The notes under the pieces were generated by a model. The model did no database searches, was not told the DNA's origin, and saw nothing but the letters and a program-made list of their open reading frames with translations. From Theionarchaea archaeon (GTDB lineage Archaea > Methanobacteriota_B > Thermococci > Methanofastidiosales > SZ-28-30), in contig JACVGT010000003.1 in NCBI GenBank assembly GCA_018992685.1, positions 96,001-160,000 on the forward strand: a DNA stretch of 64,000 nt, given 5' to 3'. The position numbers were made by a program, and so were the translations under genes. Shown in pieces: positions 40,074 through 49,177 of the stretch (its first letter is position 1; the number at the start of each line of letters is the position of its first letter).

Positions 40074-40666
40074 AGACATTGTCTATACCATTGTCTGAGA
40101 AAGATGTGCGGGAATTAAAGCTTGGAGAGACAATCTACCTCAATGGAGAATTCTATACAGCACGCGACGAGGCACACATGACGGCTCTTGAACATGTGAA
40201 AGAGGGAAAGCCTCTTCCAGTTGACTTTAAAGATAAAGCGGTCTTTCACTGCGGGCCCATCATGCGGAAGCTCAACGGGACATGGGAGCTCGTGGCTGCA
40301 GGTCCCACTACCAGTACCCGAATGAACTCACTGGAACCTGAATTCATAAGAACGTTTGGACCGAGAGCCATTATTGGTAAAGGTGGCATGGGGAAGGAGA
40401 CCTCAGAAGCCATGAAAGAGTACGGATGTGTCTACCTGGCCATTACTGGAGGAGCGGCAGTTCTTGCAGCCAGAGGAATAAAGAAGGTCAAAGGTGTGGA
40501 ATGGCTGGAACTCGGAATGCCGGAAGCAGTCTGGATTCTGGAAGGAGAGAACTTTGGACCTTTGATTGTGGCAATGGATGCAAACGGAAATAGTCTCTTT
40601 GAGAACGTAGAAGCACAGGTCAGGGAAAATGCTCAGAAGATTAGAAAGAACCTGGGATTAGTATAA
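40070..40666 (+). CDS. Fumarate hydratase beta subunit
   Basis: TARDEAH, HCGP, GPTTSTRM, IGKGGM, LGMPEA. Confidence 0.93.
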   Translation: MKTLSIPLSEKDVRELKLGETIYLNGEFYTARDEAHMTALEHVKEGKPLPVDFKDKAVFHCGPIMRKLNGTWELVAAGPTTSTRMNSLEPEFIRTFGPRAIIGKGGMGKETSEAMKEYGCVYLAITGGAAVLAARGIKKVKGVEWLELGMPEAVWILEGENFGPLIVAMDANGNSLFENVEAQVRENAQKIRKNLGLV

Positions 40667-40764
40667 CTATCCATTCCTTTTCCCTTTTCATGCCTTTTTC
40701 TTTGGAATGAAATCATACTTCACTTAGTGGGAAGCACAACACAACAATCCTGGACGCATCACGC

Positions 40765-41076
40765 CTATCTGTACACGCTGAACCTGGAAAGCAGTCTGGT
40801 CAATCGCAGTGCCACGTCATGTTCCAATACACCTTCTCTCTGTTTTTCCCAGATGAAGTCTTTCGCCTCTCGAACACCGATTTTTGAAGCTTTTGCATAA
40901 ATTGCACCTTTTACTGCAGATACATTCTGGTCATCGACATCATCAAGAATTTGTGAGAGATTCCATTTGAAATCATCGATTCTTCTCATGTTCAACTTTC
41001 GTACCCTCTTGGACCTCCTGGGCACTCTGCTGGGTGAATATCTGGATTTTGTTCCGCTTGGTCTTGGCCTAGCCAT
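40765..41076 (-). CDS. Small basic hypothetical protein
   Basis: Arg/Lys-rich N-terminus followed by helical domain; TATA-like TTTTAAA upstream. Confidence 0.7.
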   Translation of the reverse strand: MARPRPSGTKSRYSPSRVPRRSKRVRKLNMRRIDDFKWNLSQILDDVDDQNVSAVKGAIYAKASKIGVREAKDFIWEKQREGVLEHDVALRLTRLLSRFSVYR

Positions 41077-41523
41077 TGGTTCCTTTTCGAGACGGGGCTT
41101 TAAAAGGTTTTGGGCAGGTTCTTCTTTGTATACCGCTTATGTTGAAGTTCTTCTCCCCGATGGGCACACAGAGAGGAATGAATGGGAATTCGGCGTTGAC
41201 GGCCACGTCTTCAGTACCCAATCGTGAAGACAACGTCGGATCAGGCATTGAGAAGCCAGTGTGTTCTTTTCAGGAAGGAGTAGAGTTAACGTTGCCTCAC
41301 AGATGTCTTTCGAGTACCGCGGCCGGCCATCACCATCAAAAGATTCACAACCCCAATGAGAATGAACCCTCCAAGAAGACTGAGAACGAGCAATTCCGAA
41401 GATCGGGCTCACTCCTCCCTGTCCTCATGCAGTTCTTCTGAACTTTATTTTAGGGTAGGGTTTTCATGAACTCTGGTCGATTCTTCTGCAAACTGTTATA
41501 TAGCGTGACGTTCTGTTTCTTCT

Positions 41524-42039
41524 ATGCGTGCACTGTATGTCGGTCGATTCCAGCCCTTTCATAATGGACACCTGGAAATCCTGAAGCGAATACTCAGAGA
41601 GCACCATGAGTTGATTATTATTGTGGGTTCGGCCCAGAATTCCCATACTCTGGAGAATCCCTTTACAGCAGGAGAGCGCATCCAGATGATTACGGAAACA
41701 CTCGATGAAGAGAGGATCACCCAGAGAATATATATCATTCCCGTGGACGACATTCATCGGCACGCAGTGTGGGTGAAGCAGGTAGAATCTCTAACTCCCG
41801 CCTTTGACTGTGTAATCTCCAATGAACCCATAACTACCCGGCTTTTCAGGGAAGCAGGGTACACGGTGAGGAACACAGAGCTCTTGCACAGAGATGAGTG
41901 GTCGGGAACAGAAATCAGGAAGATGATTCTCAATAATGAGCAATGGGAATCATGTGTTCCTCCTGCTGTGGTCAGGGTCATCAAGGAGATTGCTGGAGTC
42001 ACCAGAATACAAGAGCTGGCACACAGTGATACCCTTTGA
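41524..42039 (+). CDS. nadM: Nicotinamide-nucleotide adenylyltransferase
   Basis: GRFQPFHNGH, GSAQ.SH...NPFTAGER, SGTEIR. Confidence 0.93.
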   Translation: MRALYVGRFQPFHNGHLEILKRILREHHELIIIVGSAQNSHTLENPFTAGERIQMITETLDEERITQRIYIIPVDDIHRHAVWVKQVESLTPAFDCVISNEPITTRLFREAGYTVRNTELLHRDEWSGTEIRKMILNNEQWESCVPPAVVRVIKEIAGVTRIQELAHSDTL

Positions 42040-42529
42040 TGTGGCGGGATTTTTCCTCTTCATGTGGCTGATTCAGATCCTTCTAAACTGCAAATGATTC
42101 GTAAAGAAAGATCAGTGGCCGAAGCAGAAGAGGTGCACGCCAGGGATCAGGTGGTTGCACCTGCACACCTGATGTTGCTGCTCCTCTAGTTTCACCGAAA
42201 AAACGTGGAAAGTACGGTTTCTCAGTATTTGAGGTTATCTGACAGAATCAACATATTTATCCTTCTTCAATTAGACATAGCCTCGTCCTTAAGCTCACGA
42301 TCACGATACGGAGGACAGTGAATTTTTTCGATGGCTTCCAGATTGCTTCTCTGGGTTGGATGTGAAATTACGGGGTGAAGAGTATCATTAACACGATAAA
42401 GAGGCCTTGATCTTCTCTGTCAATGCGTGCACAGCAGTATCTTCATAGGGCAACCCATGGAAAGTCTTTTAAGTGTGCAATGCAACACTATACTGAGAAC
42501 ATCAAGAGTGTTTCCAGCAATTTTTTCAC

Positions 42530-42544
42530 CGAAAAGTTTATAAA
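42530..42544 (+). promoter_or_regulatory. BRE/TATA promoter of giant surface protein
   Basis: CGAAAAGTTTATAAA, then GAGGTGA RBS at 42581. Confidence 0.65.
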
Positions 42545-42592
42545 GGGCAACTTACTATCTAAGTAGTAACTTAACCCCATGAGGTGAATATT

Positions 42593-45500
42593 ATGACCAT
42601 GAGCTTGAAAGGAAAGGTAGTTACAGGTCTGTTAGCGTTCCTTCTTATTATTAGTGTAGTTGATATTGGCGCATATGTGGCTGCACCTACCATAAAGTCC
42701 CCTAGCATTGGTTCCACCGGAGTAAGCTGCACGCCCCTTCTGAAGTGGGATGCAGTCGTAGGAGCTTCTAGTTATGAACTGCAACTCTCGAAATACACTA
42801 CTTTCACCAGCAACCTTGTTGATAAGTCACTCAGTACCAACTCCTATCAGGTTGTTACTACTCTTGAAGCATCCACCAAGTACTACTGGAGAGTGAGAAC
42901 TGTGAGTTATGACGATGTGAGTGTATGGGCTACTGCCTATTTCACCACAGGTACATGCGGTGGAGATGGAAGCACAACAACGCTTTCTGCTCCCACGCTG
43001 GTGTCTCCAGCGAATAATACGTCCTGGACCCAGAATCTATATCCTACTTTCCAGTGGCAGGCCGTTACCGGTGCCACTAGCTATACGATTCAGATTTCCC
43101 GCAGCACGGACTTTTCAAGTACTTACAAGGAAAAAGAAGCCACAGTGTACAACACGTATTATATTATTGATACTGCCTTGACCAACTGTTCCAGCTACTA
43201 TTGGAGGGTACGGGCTCTGAACAGTGATGGTGCAGGAAGCTGGTCAAGTACTTGGAAGTTCACTATCCTGTTTCCGCCGAGCCAGCCCATACTGACCTCC
43301 CCCACCAACGGAGCAGTCGTTACTATTCGGAGGCCAGCCTTCACGTGGGAGAGTTCTACAGGTGCAACGGCCTATACGATAGAAATTGACGGTTCCACGT
43401 ATTCTGTATCCACCACAACCTTCACCCCCTATTCCAACCTCAGTACAGGAGCCCACACGTGGCGGGTGAGAGCAACCAGCTGTGGTGGCGGTCAGAATAG
43501 CGACTGGTCTCAGTCGAGAACCTTTACTATAAACCTAGACGATGTGGTCCTGAAGAAACCCGCCAACAACAGTACCGTTACCACTGCCACTCCAACATTC
43601 GAATGGGGGACGGTGGAAGGAGCCACCAAGTACAAGTTGGAAGTGAGAAAAGATACAGTTGATGGCACAAAGGTGTTTGAAGTTGAAGTGACCGGAACCT
43701 CTTTTACTCCCACAGCAATCCTCAATCCCGGTGTCTACGTGTGGCGGGTCATGTCTTTCATGAATGACGCCTGGACTGGTTCCTGGTCCAGCCAACCCTT
43801 CACGTTCACTGTTGAGACAGCGGGGGCTCTAACAGCACCACAGCTTCAATCCCCCACAAATGGATCGACAGTTGACTTCCCCTTGACCATCCGCTGGTCT
43901 TCAGTGACCAGTGCATACAGCTATACCCTTGAGTATTCCCGCAGTGATGATTTCAGCGACTCCACCTCGGTGACGTTGTATGGAACAGAATACACAATAA
44001 GCTCCGATCTCGAGGAGGGCCGCTGGTACTGGCACGTGCGGGCCAACACCTCTCAGGGAGATTCAGGCCCCTGGTCCACCACGTGGAGCTTCGAAGTGGG
44101 GCTTCCTGTTCCCCAATTGGCATCTCCAGAAAACGGTTCCACTCAGGGAACCTCCTCAGTTGCTTTTGACTGGAGCGATGTTACGGGCTCTCAGATTGAG
44201 GGACAGTTGTACGATCTCAGCTACTATGTGCTGCAGTATTCTACCAGCAGTTCTTTTGAGAGCCAGAGTACCATCAGTATCAGCAGTGTGAGTGGTTCCC
44301 CGTTAAGAGAGTCACGTTACGGGCCCATCAACCTGGGGGATGGTACTTACTACTGGAGAGTTAAGGCCGTCTACGTCAAATATCCTGAAGGCACCCTCCG
44401 TGAGGGCTCATGGTCCACTGCATATTCCTTCACCATTTCCACGGGGGGAACAAGCGTTCCTACACTGGTCTCACCGATTGCTGGCTCCATCATGAAAGGC
44501 ACCAGGATAACGCTTGCTTGGAGCCCTGTGGAGAGCACAGGTATTACGGGTTATGTCCTGGTGTACATGAAAGGAACCAGTACGAACCCAGGTAACCCAT
44601 CTCTCTGGACTGCAGGGTCTTATACTGAGGTCATCATCACGGGACAGGCAACGTCTTCGTATTCAGTGACTCTGGTTGAGAATACGCAGGACAAGCCTTA
44701 CTACTGGTGGGCTGTAGCCACTGTCAATAGCAGTGGCCAGAAGGGAGCCTTTCCATCTCCAATCAACTTTTCAATTGACAATACCCCACCCAGTATTTCT
44801 ACCGTAGAACTTGTTCAGCCAGTGAACACAACACTGGCTACTCGAATTCCCACCTTTACGTGGAGAATTCCCCTTGCTAATTATCAGGATGTGGCGAGCT
44901 GGACGCTAGAATATGCCAGCGATACTCAGCTCCAGGAGAATAGAAGAACGATCTCCGGGCTGACTAACCTTTCCACAATTATTTCAGGAGACAAGGCTTC
45001 CATCTCGTATACGTTGCCTTCTTCTCAGGCGTTGACCAACGGGACCTGGTACTGGCACATATCTGCTGCTGACCCGGCGGGAAATGTGTCCACCTTTACA
45101 GCGGTGGTCAGTTTCGTAGTTAGTGCAGGGGAAGAAGAGCCAGCAAAAGTAGCTCTGGTTTCACCTCCCAATGGATTTGAGGATACTCCCAGCAGACCAA
45201 CCTTTTCCTGGCTTCAGGTTCAGGGCGCTACCACCTATCACTTGCAGGTAGATGGTAACAGTAACTTTTCGAGCCCAGAAATTGATCAGGACAGCCTGGT
45301 GACCACCTCTTTCATGGCTACATCAGACCTCGAACCAGGCACATACTACTGGCGCGTGAATTCTAATGCTCCCAATCCAGAGTGGTCGGACGTGTGGTCG
45401 TTCGCAATTACTGGGGAAGCTCCCCCACAGGTAGTCCTCCTGTCGCCCAGCAGCGGTGCTCAGAATATGCCTCCTACTCCATTATTCCAGTGGCAGACTC

Positions 45501-47176
45501 TGGAGGGAGCCAGCACCTACACTCTGGAAGTATCTACCACCACGAGCTTTTCCACCACCCTGGTTAATAAGTCAGGATTGACTACTACCAGCTGGGGAAC
45601 GGCATCAGACTGGGAGGCTAACACTCCCCCGGAACTGGAGCCAGGTACCTACTACTGGAGAGTTTCCTCAAATCTTTCCCAGACAACCTCAGCCATCTGG
45701 AACTTCACTGTTTCAGAAGAAGAGGGAGGTGGGGCTATCTCCTATACAGTGGTGCTTTCTGACCTGAATGGTGATCCCATTTCAGGGGCAACGGTTGCCC
45801 TCAGCAAGGACAATGAAACTGTAGGAACAACGACTACCGATACCTCAGGACGAGCAGTCATTGGAGATCTGGAAAGTGGAACCTACACCGTGGCAGTAAC
45901 AGCTACCGGGTACTCTGGTTACTCAGAGACCATCAGTCTGTCCTCAAGTACCACCAAGAACGTCACCCTGTATCGGGGCGCTGTGATCCACGGGTATGTG
46001 TACTATGACAACACGCAGAATCCTGCAGCCAATGTAGCAGTAAGGATCTATGATACCGAAACGCAGCTGCAGGTTGTCTCCGACATTACTGATACCAGCG
46101 GGTACTTTGCTGTGGACAACATCACAGACAACAAGACATACTACATCATTGTAGAGAACTATGAAGATCAGAAGAAACAGGGAATCGTCCCTGTGGATGC
46201 TCCCACCACGGCCAATGCCATGACGATTATCGTGAAGACCGAAGGGGAGATCATCGGAGTAATCCAAGATGAGGAGGGAGCCCCTCTTCCCGGTGCAAAG
46301 GTTACTCTGAGAGATAGCCAGGGTCAGTTTGTCAACAGCACCTCATCCAGCAATATTGGGTCTTTCAACTTCAAGGTTACTCCCGGACAATACTATGTGG
46401 AAGTGACGCTACCCGGCTACGAAGACTTCCAGGGTGAACTATTCACCGTGGAGTACAAGGAAGTGGAAGATGTCGGGCTGATCACGTTGTTGTCTAGGAC
46501 AGGAAGTCTCGTGGTCAATGTCCAGAGTGTCGATGGAGAATCACTTGAGGCCACAATCACTGTCAAGGACGAGGCAGGAAACATTGTCGACAGCTTCGCT
46601 GTTTCTGGAACAGCCTCTGTGGAGGTTCCAGTAGGCACCTATACACTGGAAGCAACTGCAGAAGGGTATGAAGTCCAGATGGCAAGTAACATCACCATTG
46701 AATCTGGTACGACAGTGTCTCAGGACTTTACGCTCAGTCCAGCAGCAGGATCAATAAAGCTGTACGTGACTGATATCGCGGGCATGCCTCTTGTGGATAC
46801 AGAAGTGTTCCTGGATGGGGAATCCGTTGGAATAACGGACGATGCAGGAACGCTGGTCATCCCTGACGTCTCTCCTGAGGAGCATACCATCAGTGTGCAC
46901 AAGGAGGGATATGTCGACCACAAAGAGATACAGACCATCAATCCTGGCGAGAGTCTGATTCTGGAACTAGCGCTGGATGAGTCAGGGCTGCCACTACTGT
47001 ACGTTGCCATCCCTGTTGTCATTGCTGGTCTGGCAGGAGCCATCTACTATTTCATGCGAAGCAGAGGTGGTGAACCCACCATGAAAGAGAGAAAACCCTC
47101 AGGAAAGGATAAAACAAGAATCCCAACTGGGGCAAGGAAAGAAGGACTTCCTCGGAGAGCGTTCCGGGGGAGATAA
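42593..47176 (+). CDS. Giant membrane-anchored surface protein: ~10 FN3/Ig-like repeats, ~4 carboxypeptidase-regulatory-like domains, PEGA-like domain
   Basis: Signal peptide; repeated P.L.SP.NG...F.W....GA..Y...YYWRV; D..G.P..GA.V repeats; C-terminal TM plus basic tail. Confidence 0.88.
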   Translation: MTMSLKGKVVTGLLAFLLIISVVDIGAYVAAPTIKSPSIGSTGVSCTPLLKWDAVVGASSYELQLSKYTTFTSNLVDKSLSTNSYQVVTTLEASTKYYWRVRTVSYDDVSVWATAYFTTGTCGGDGSTTTLSAPTLVSPANNTSWTQNLYPTFQWQAVTGATSYTIQISRSTDFSSTYKEKEATVYNTYYIIDTALTNCSSYYWRVRALNSDGAGSWSSTWKFTILFPPSQPILTSPTNGAVVTIRRPAFTWESSTGATAYTIEIDGSTYSVSTTTFTPYSNLSTGAHTWRVRATSCGGGQNSDWSQSRTFTINLDDVVLKKPANNSTVTTATPTFEWGTVEGATKYKLEVRKDTVDGTKVFEVEVTGTSFTPTAILNPGVYVWRVMSFMNDAWTGSWSSQPFTFTVETAGALTAPQLQSPTNGSTVDFPLTIRWSSVTSAYSYTLEYSRSDDFSDSTSVTLYGTEYTISSDLEEGRWYWHVRANTSQGDSGPWSTTWSFEVGLPVPQLASPENGSTQGTSSVAFDWSDVTGSQIEGQLYDLSYYVLQYSTSSSFESQSTISISSVSGSPLRESRYGPINLGDGTYYWRVKAVYVKYPEGTLREGSWSTAYSFTISTGGTSVPTLVSPIAGSIMKGTRITLAWSPVESTGITGYVLVYMKGTSTNPGNPSLWTAGSYTEVIITGQATSSYSVTLVENTQDKPYYWWAVATVNSSGQKGAFPSPINFSIDNTPPSISTVELVQPVNTTLATRIPTFTWRIPLANYQDVASWTLEYASDTQLQENRRTISGLTNLSTIISGDKASISYTLPSSQALTNGTWYWHISAADPAGNVSTFTAVVSFVVSAGEEEPAKVALVSPPNGFEDTPSRPTFSWLQVQGATTYHLQVDGNSNFSSPEIDQDSLVTTSFMATSDLEPGTYYWRVNSNAPNPEWSDVWSFAITGEAPPQVVLLSPSSGAQNMPPTPLFQWQTLEGASTYTLEVSTTTSFSTTLVNKSGLTTTSWGTASDWEANTPPELEPGTYYWRVSSNLSQTTSAIWNFTVSEEEGGGAISYTVVLSDLNGDPISGATVALSKDNETVGTTTTDTSGRAVIGDLESGTYTVAVTATGYSGYSETISLSSSTTKNVTLYRGAVIHGYVYYDNTQNPAANVAVRIYDTETQLQVVSDITDTSGYFAVDNITDNKTYYIIVENYEDQKKQGIVPVDAPTTANAMTIIVKTEGEIIGVIQDEEGAPLPGAKVTLRDSQGQFVNSTSSSNIGSFNFKVTPGQYYVEVTLPGYEDFQGELFTVEYKEVEDVGLITLLSRTGSLVVNVQSVDGESLEATITVKDEAGNIVDSFAVSGTASVEVPVGTYTLEATAEGYEVQMASNITIESGTTVSQDFTLSPAAGSIKLYVTDIAGMPLVDTEVFLDGESVGITDDAGTLVIPDVSPEEHTISVHKEGYVDHKEIQTINPGESLILELALDESGLPLLYVAIPVVIAGLAGAIYYFMRSRGGEPTMKERKPSGKDKTRIPTGARKEGLPRRAFRGR

Positions 47177-47196
47177 TTTCTCTTTTTTTATTACGT

Positions 47197-47234
47197 AGAG
47201 GAAAAAGCCATACTTATCACATCTCAGGGGAAAT
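47197..47234 (+). repeat. Direct repeat copy 1 (38 bp)
   Basis: AGAGGAAAAAGCCATACTTATCACATCTCAGGGGAAAT; 32/38 identical to 48627-48664. Confidence 0.85.
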
Positions 47235-47432
47235 ATTCTTTTCCTGCTGAACCAATGATTGTCTCTTGAGATAATACGTGGTTCAATACAGGTCTTTCAA
47301 GATCCCCGTATAGAGACTCCTTACTCCTCTTCTTATGGTCTCTTATTCTGTGCAGGAATCAAGTTTGCACAAGAGAGTGTAGACCCAAAATTCTTAGGAT
47401 TTGAAATCTATCAAGAATGGAGGTGACAACCA

Positions 47433-48545
47433 TTGAAAAACAGGACAACCATGATCTTCGTATCGTTTACAATCGTGGGATTTCTGGTGGTGAGTCTGTT
47501 GACCATGTGAAACGCTCTAGCCGGTGAGAAGGACGGGATCTGCACTTCCAGGATAGGTTCTGAAGGAACGAGTGATAGACTGGAAATTCCTCCAACGTAT
47601 GACGGCGTCATCTCCTCTGGTGAGTGGTGTGACGCATATGCGCAGCGGATTGAACTCAAGAGTGCCAATGGCAGGACAGTAGGTGCAGTAAGATATTTCA
47701 TGTACGATGAAGGCCGGGTTTACTTCGCCCTGGTAGTTGGAGGGGAAAGTGAAGAAGTCTATCTGTGGATAGGCCAGGATGAGAGTCAGGCATTCCAAAA
47801 AGGAACCGATATAAAGAGATGCCAGAAATCTGACAACTACAGGGCTACAGATTGGCAGTACAGGGAACTCTATATCTTTGTGGAAGATGAACAACAGGAC
47901 ATCGAGGGGATGGGACGGTATGATGATGTGACAGACAGGACAACAGTAGAACTTGTCATCCCTTTCGATTCTGGAGACGTAAACGATTATAGAATAGAAC
48001 TGGAACCCGGTTTTACTGTAGTATATGGGTCTATTCTTGATGGAGAGTACGCCAAAGCGGAATTAATAGTCTTCCAGAAAGTAATTGCTGAGAATTTGGC
48101 AAGGAAAGCAGAAATGCTGGAGGAATCGGCAACATCATCTGAAGGAGAAGAACTCTGGGAACAGGCTGAGGAATACTGGGAAGAGGAAGCCAGAGTCTGG
48201 GAACAGGTTGAAGAATACTGGAGAAGAGAAGCAGACGAATGGGGAAAATCAGCCTCATACTGGAGAGAAGAGAAGGAATCTCAAGAAGAAGACGGAAATC
48301 AAGAAGGGGCGGACAGGGCTGGAAGGTGTGCAGAGATAGCTGATAGAGAGGCAGAGAAAGCCAGAGAGAATGCAGAAGTAACCAAGGGAAATGCAGAGAA
48401 AGCCAGAGAGAATGCAGAAGAAGCTAAGCGAAATGCAGAGGAAGCCAGGAAAAGAGCATCACGGGTTGTTCTCTGTGTTATTACTATTGTTCCGCTTGGA
48501 GGAGGTGCAGTACTAGTCATTGTTATATTCCGGAGAAGGCGATAA
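47433..48545 (+). pseudogene. Surface protein (signal peptide, DOMON/CBM9-like domain, coiled coil, TM) interrupted by in-frame TGA at 47508-47510
   Basis: GGAGGTGA RBS 47419-47426; MKNRTTMIFVSFTIVGFLVVSLLTM*NALAG...PPTYDGVISSGEW continues in frame into ORF 47700-48545. Confidence 0.75.
48351..48420 (+). repeat. Intragenic repeat, 28-bp exact copies at 42-bp period
   Basis: GCAGAGAAAGCCAGAGAGAATGCAGAAG at 48351 and 48393. Confidence 0.9.
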
Positions 48546-48577
48546 CCCCGTCTGATCGGGTGGTACAGGGGGTTATC
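48541..48577 (+). terminator. Stem-loop overlapping stop codon (possible terminator)
   Basis: GATAACCCC...GGGGTTATC 9-bp inverted repeat. Confidence 0.4.
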
Positions 48578-48626
48578 TATACATCGGACGAGATTCCAAT
48601 AGTAGTATGAAACAGAATAAGAGAAG

Positions 48627-48664
48627 AGAGGAAAAACCCGTGTTTATCACATCTCAGGGAAATT
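48627..48664 (+). repeat. Direct repeat copy 2 (38 bp)
   Basis: AGAGGAAAAACCCGTGTTTATCACATCTCAGGGAAATT; 16-bp core TTATCACATCTCAGGG identical to copy 1. Confidence 0.85.
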
Positions 48665-48835
48665 AGATGTATGCCGATGTCGTAAAAGGTTCTATTGCAG
48701 GTAAATCCTCATAAAGCATCAAGACTCTTTCAAGAGTCGCTCGCTCGCATGATCCTCTGGTACCAGGGTTCCTCCGTATATCAAATCAGACTCTAATGGC
48801 AATATAGTAACAAAAAAAGGAGAAGGAGTATAAAT

Positions 48836-49177
48836 TCACACTTTTTCTACTGTTCCCTTTTCTGCATCTACTTTCAGGCGATTTCCTGTCTCAAACTGGG
48901 AAATATCAATGTGATCCACGCAAGGGATTTCCTCATTGACGATGGCTCTGGGACCGACACCATTTTTCTCCAGGCCGTAGATGACGTATGATCCCACGGT
49001 AGACCCCTTCCCTCGAGGAAATACCAGTATCTTCCCTGTGACTGTCTTACCTTCCAGAGGATGTCCTTTTTCAATGACCATCCCTGTCTTAGGGTCAATG
49101 CCTCCGTAGAACCCAATGGGCTCAGGGGACACGATGGCTTCCCCTTCTGCCTTTCCAGGAGATATCATTCTACCCAT
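48836..49177 (-). CDS. Aconitase X swivel subunit (phosphomevalonate dehydratase small subunit), apparently internally shortened
   Basis: G.AEGEA.VS..PI.F.GG.D, GKGSTVGSY; TGATG coupling to large subunit. Confidence 0.85.
   Translation of the reverse strand: MGRMISPGKAEGEAIVSPEPIGFYGGIDPKTGMVIEKGHPLEGKTVTGKILVFPRGKGSTVGSYVIYGLEKNGVGPRAIVNEEIPCVDHIDISQFETGNRLKVDAEKGTVEKV

Noticed and set aside
41100-41500. RNase P or SRP RNA in this intergenic region
   Set aside because: No GAGGAAAGUCC/CAGAA RNase P or SRP helix-8 consensus recognised on either strand
48541-48577. Integron attC site (TAAC...GTT overlapping a stop codon)
   Set aside because: Only 37 nt, does not fit RYYYAAC/GTTRRRY, and no integrase or further copies seen
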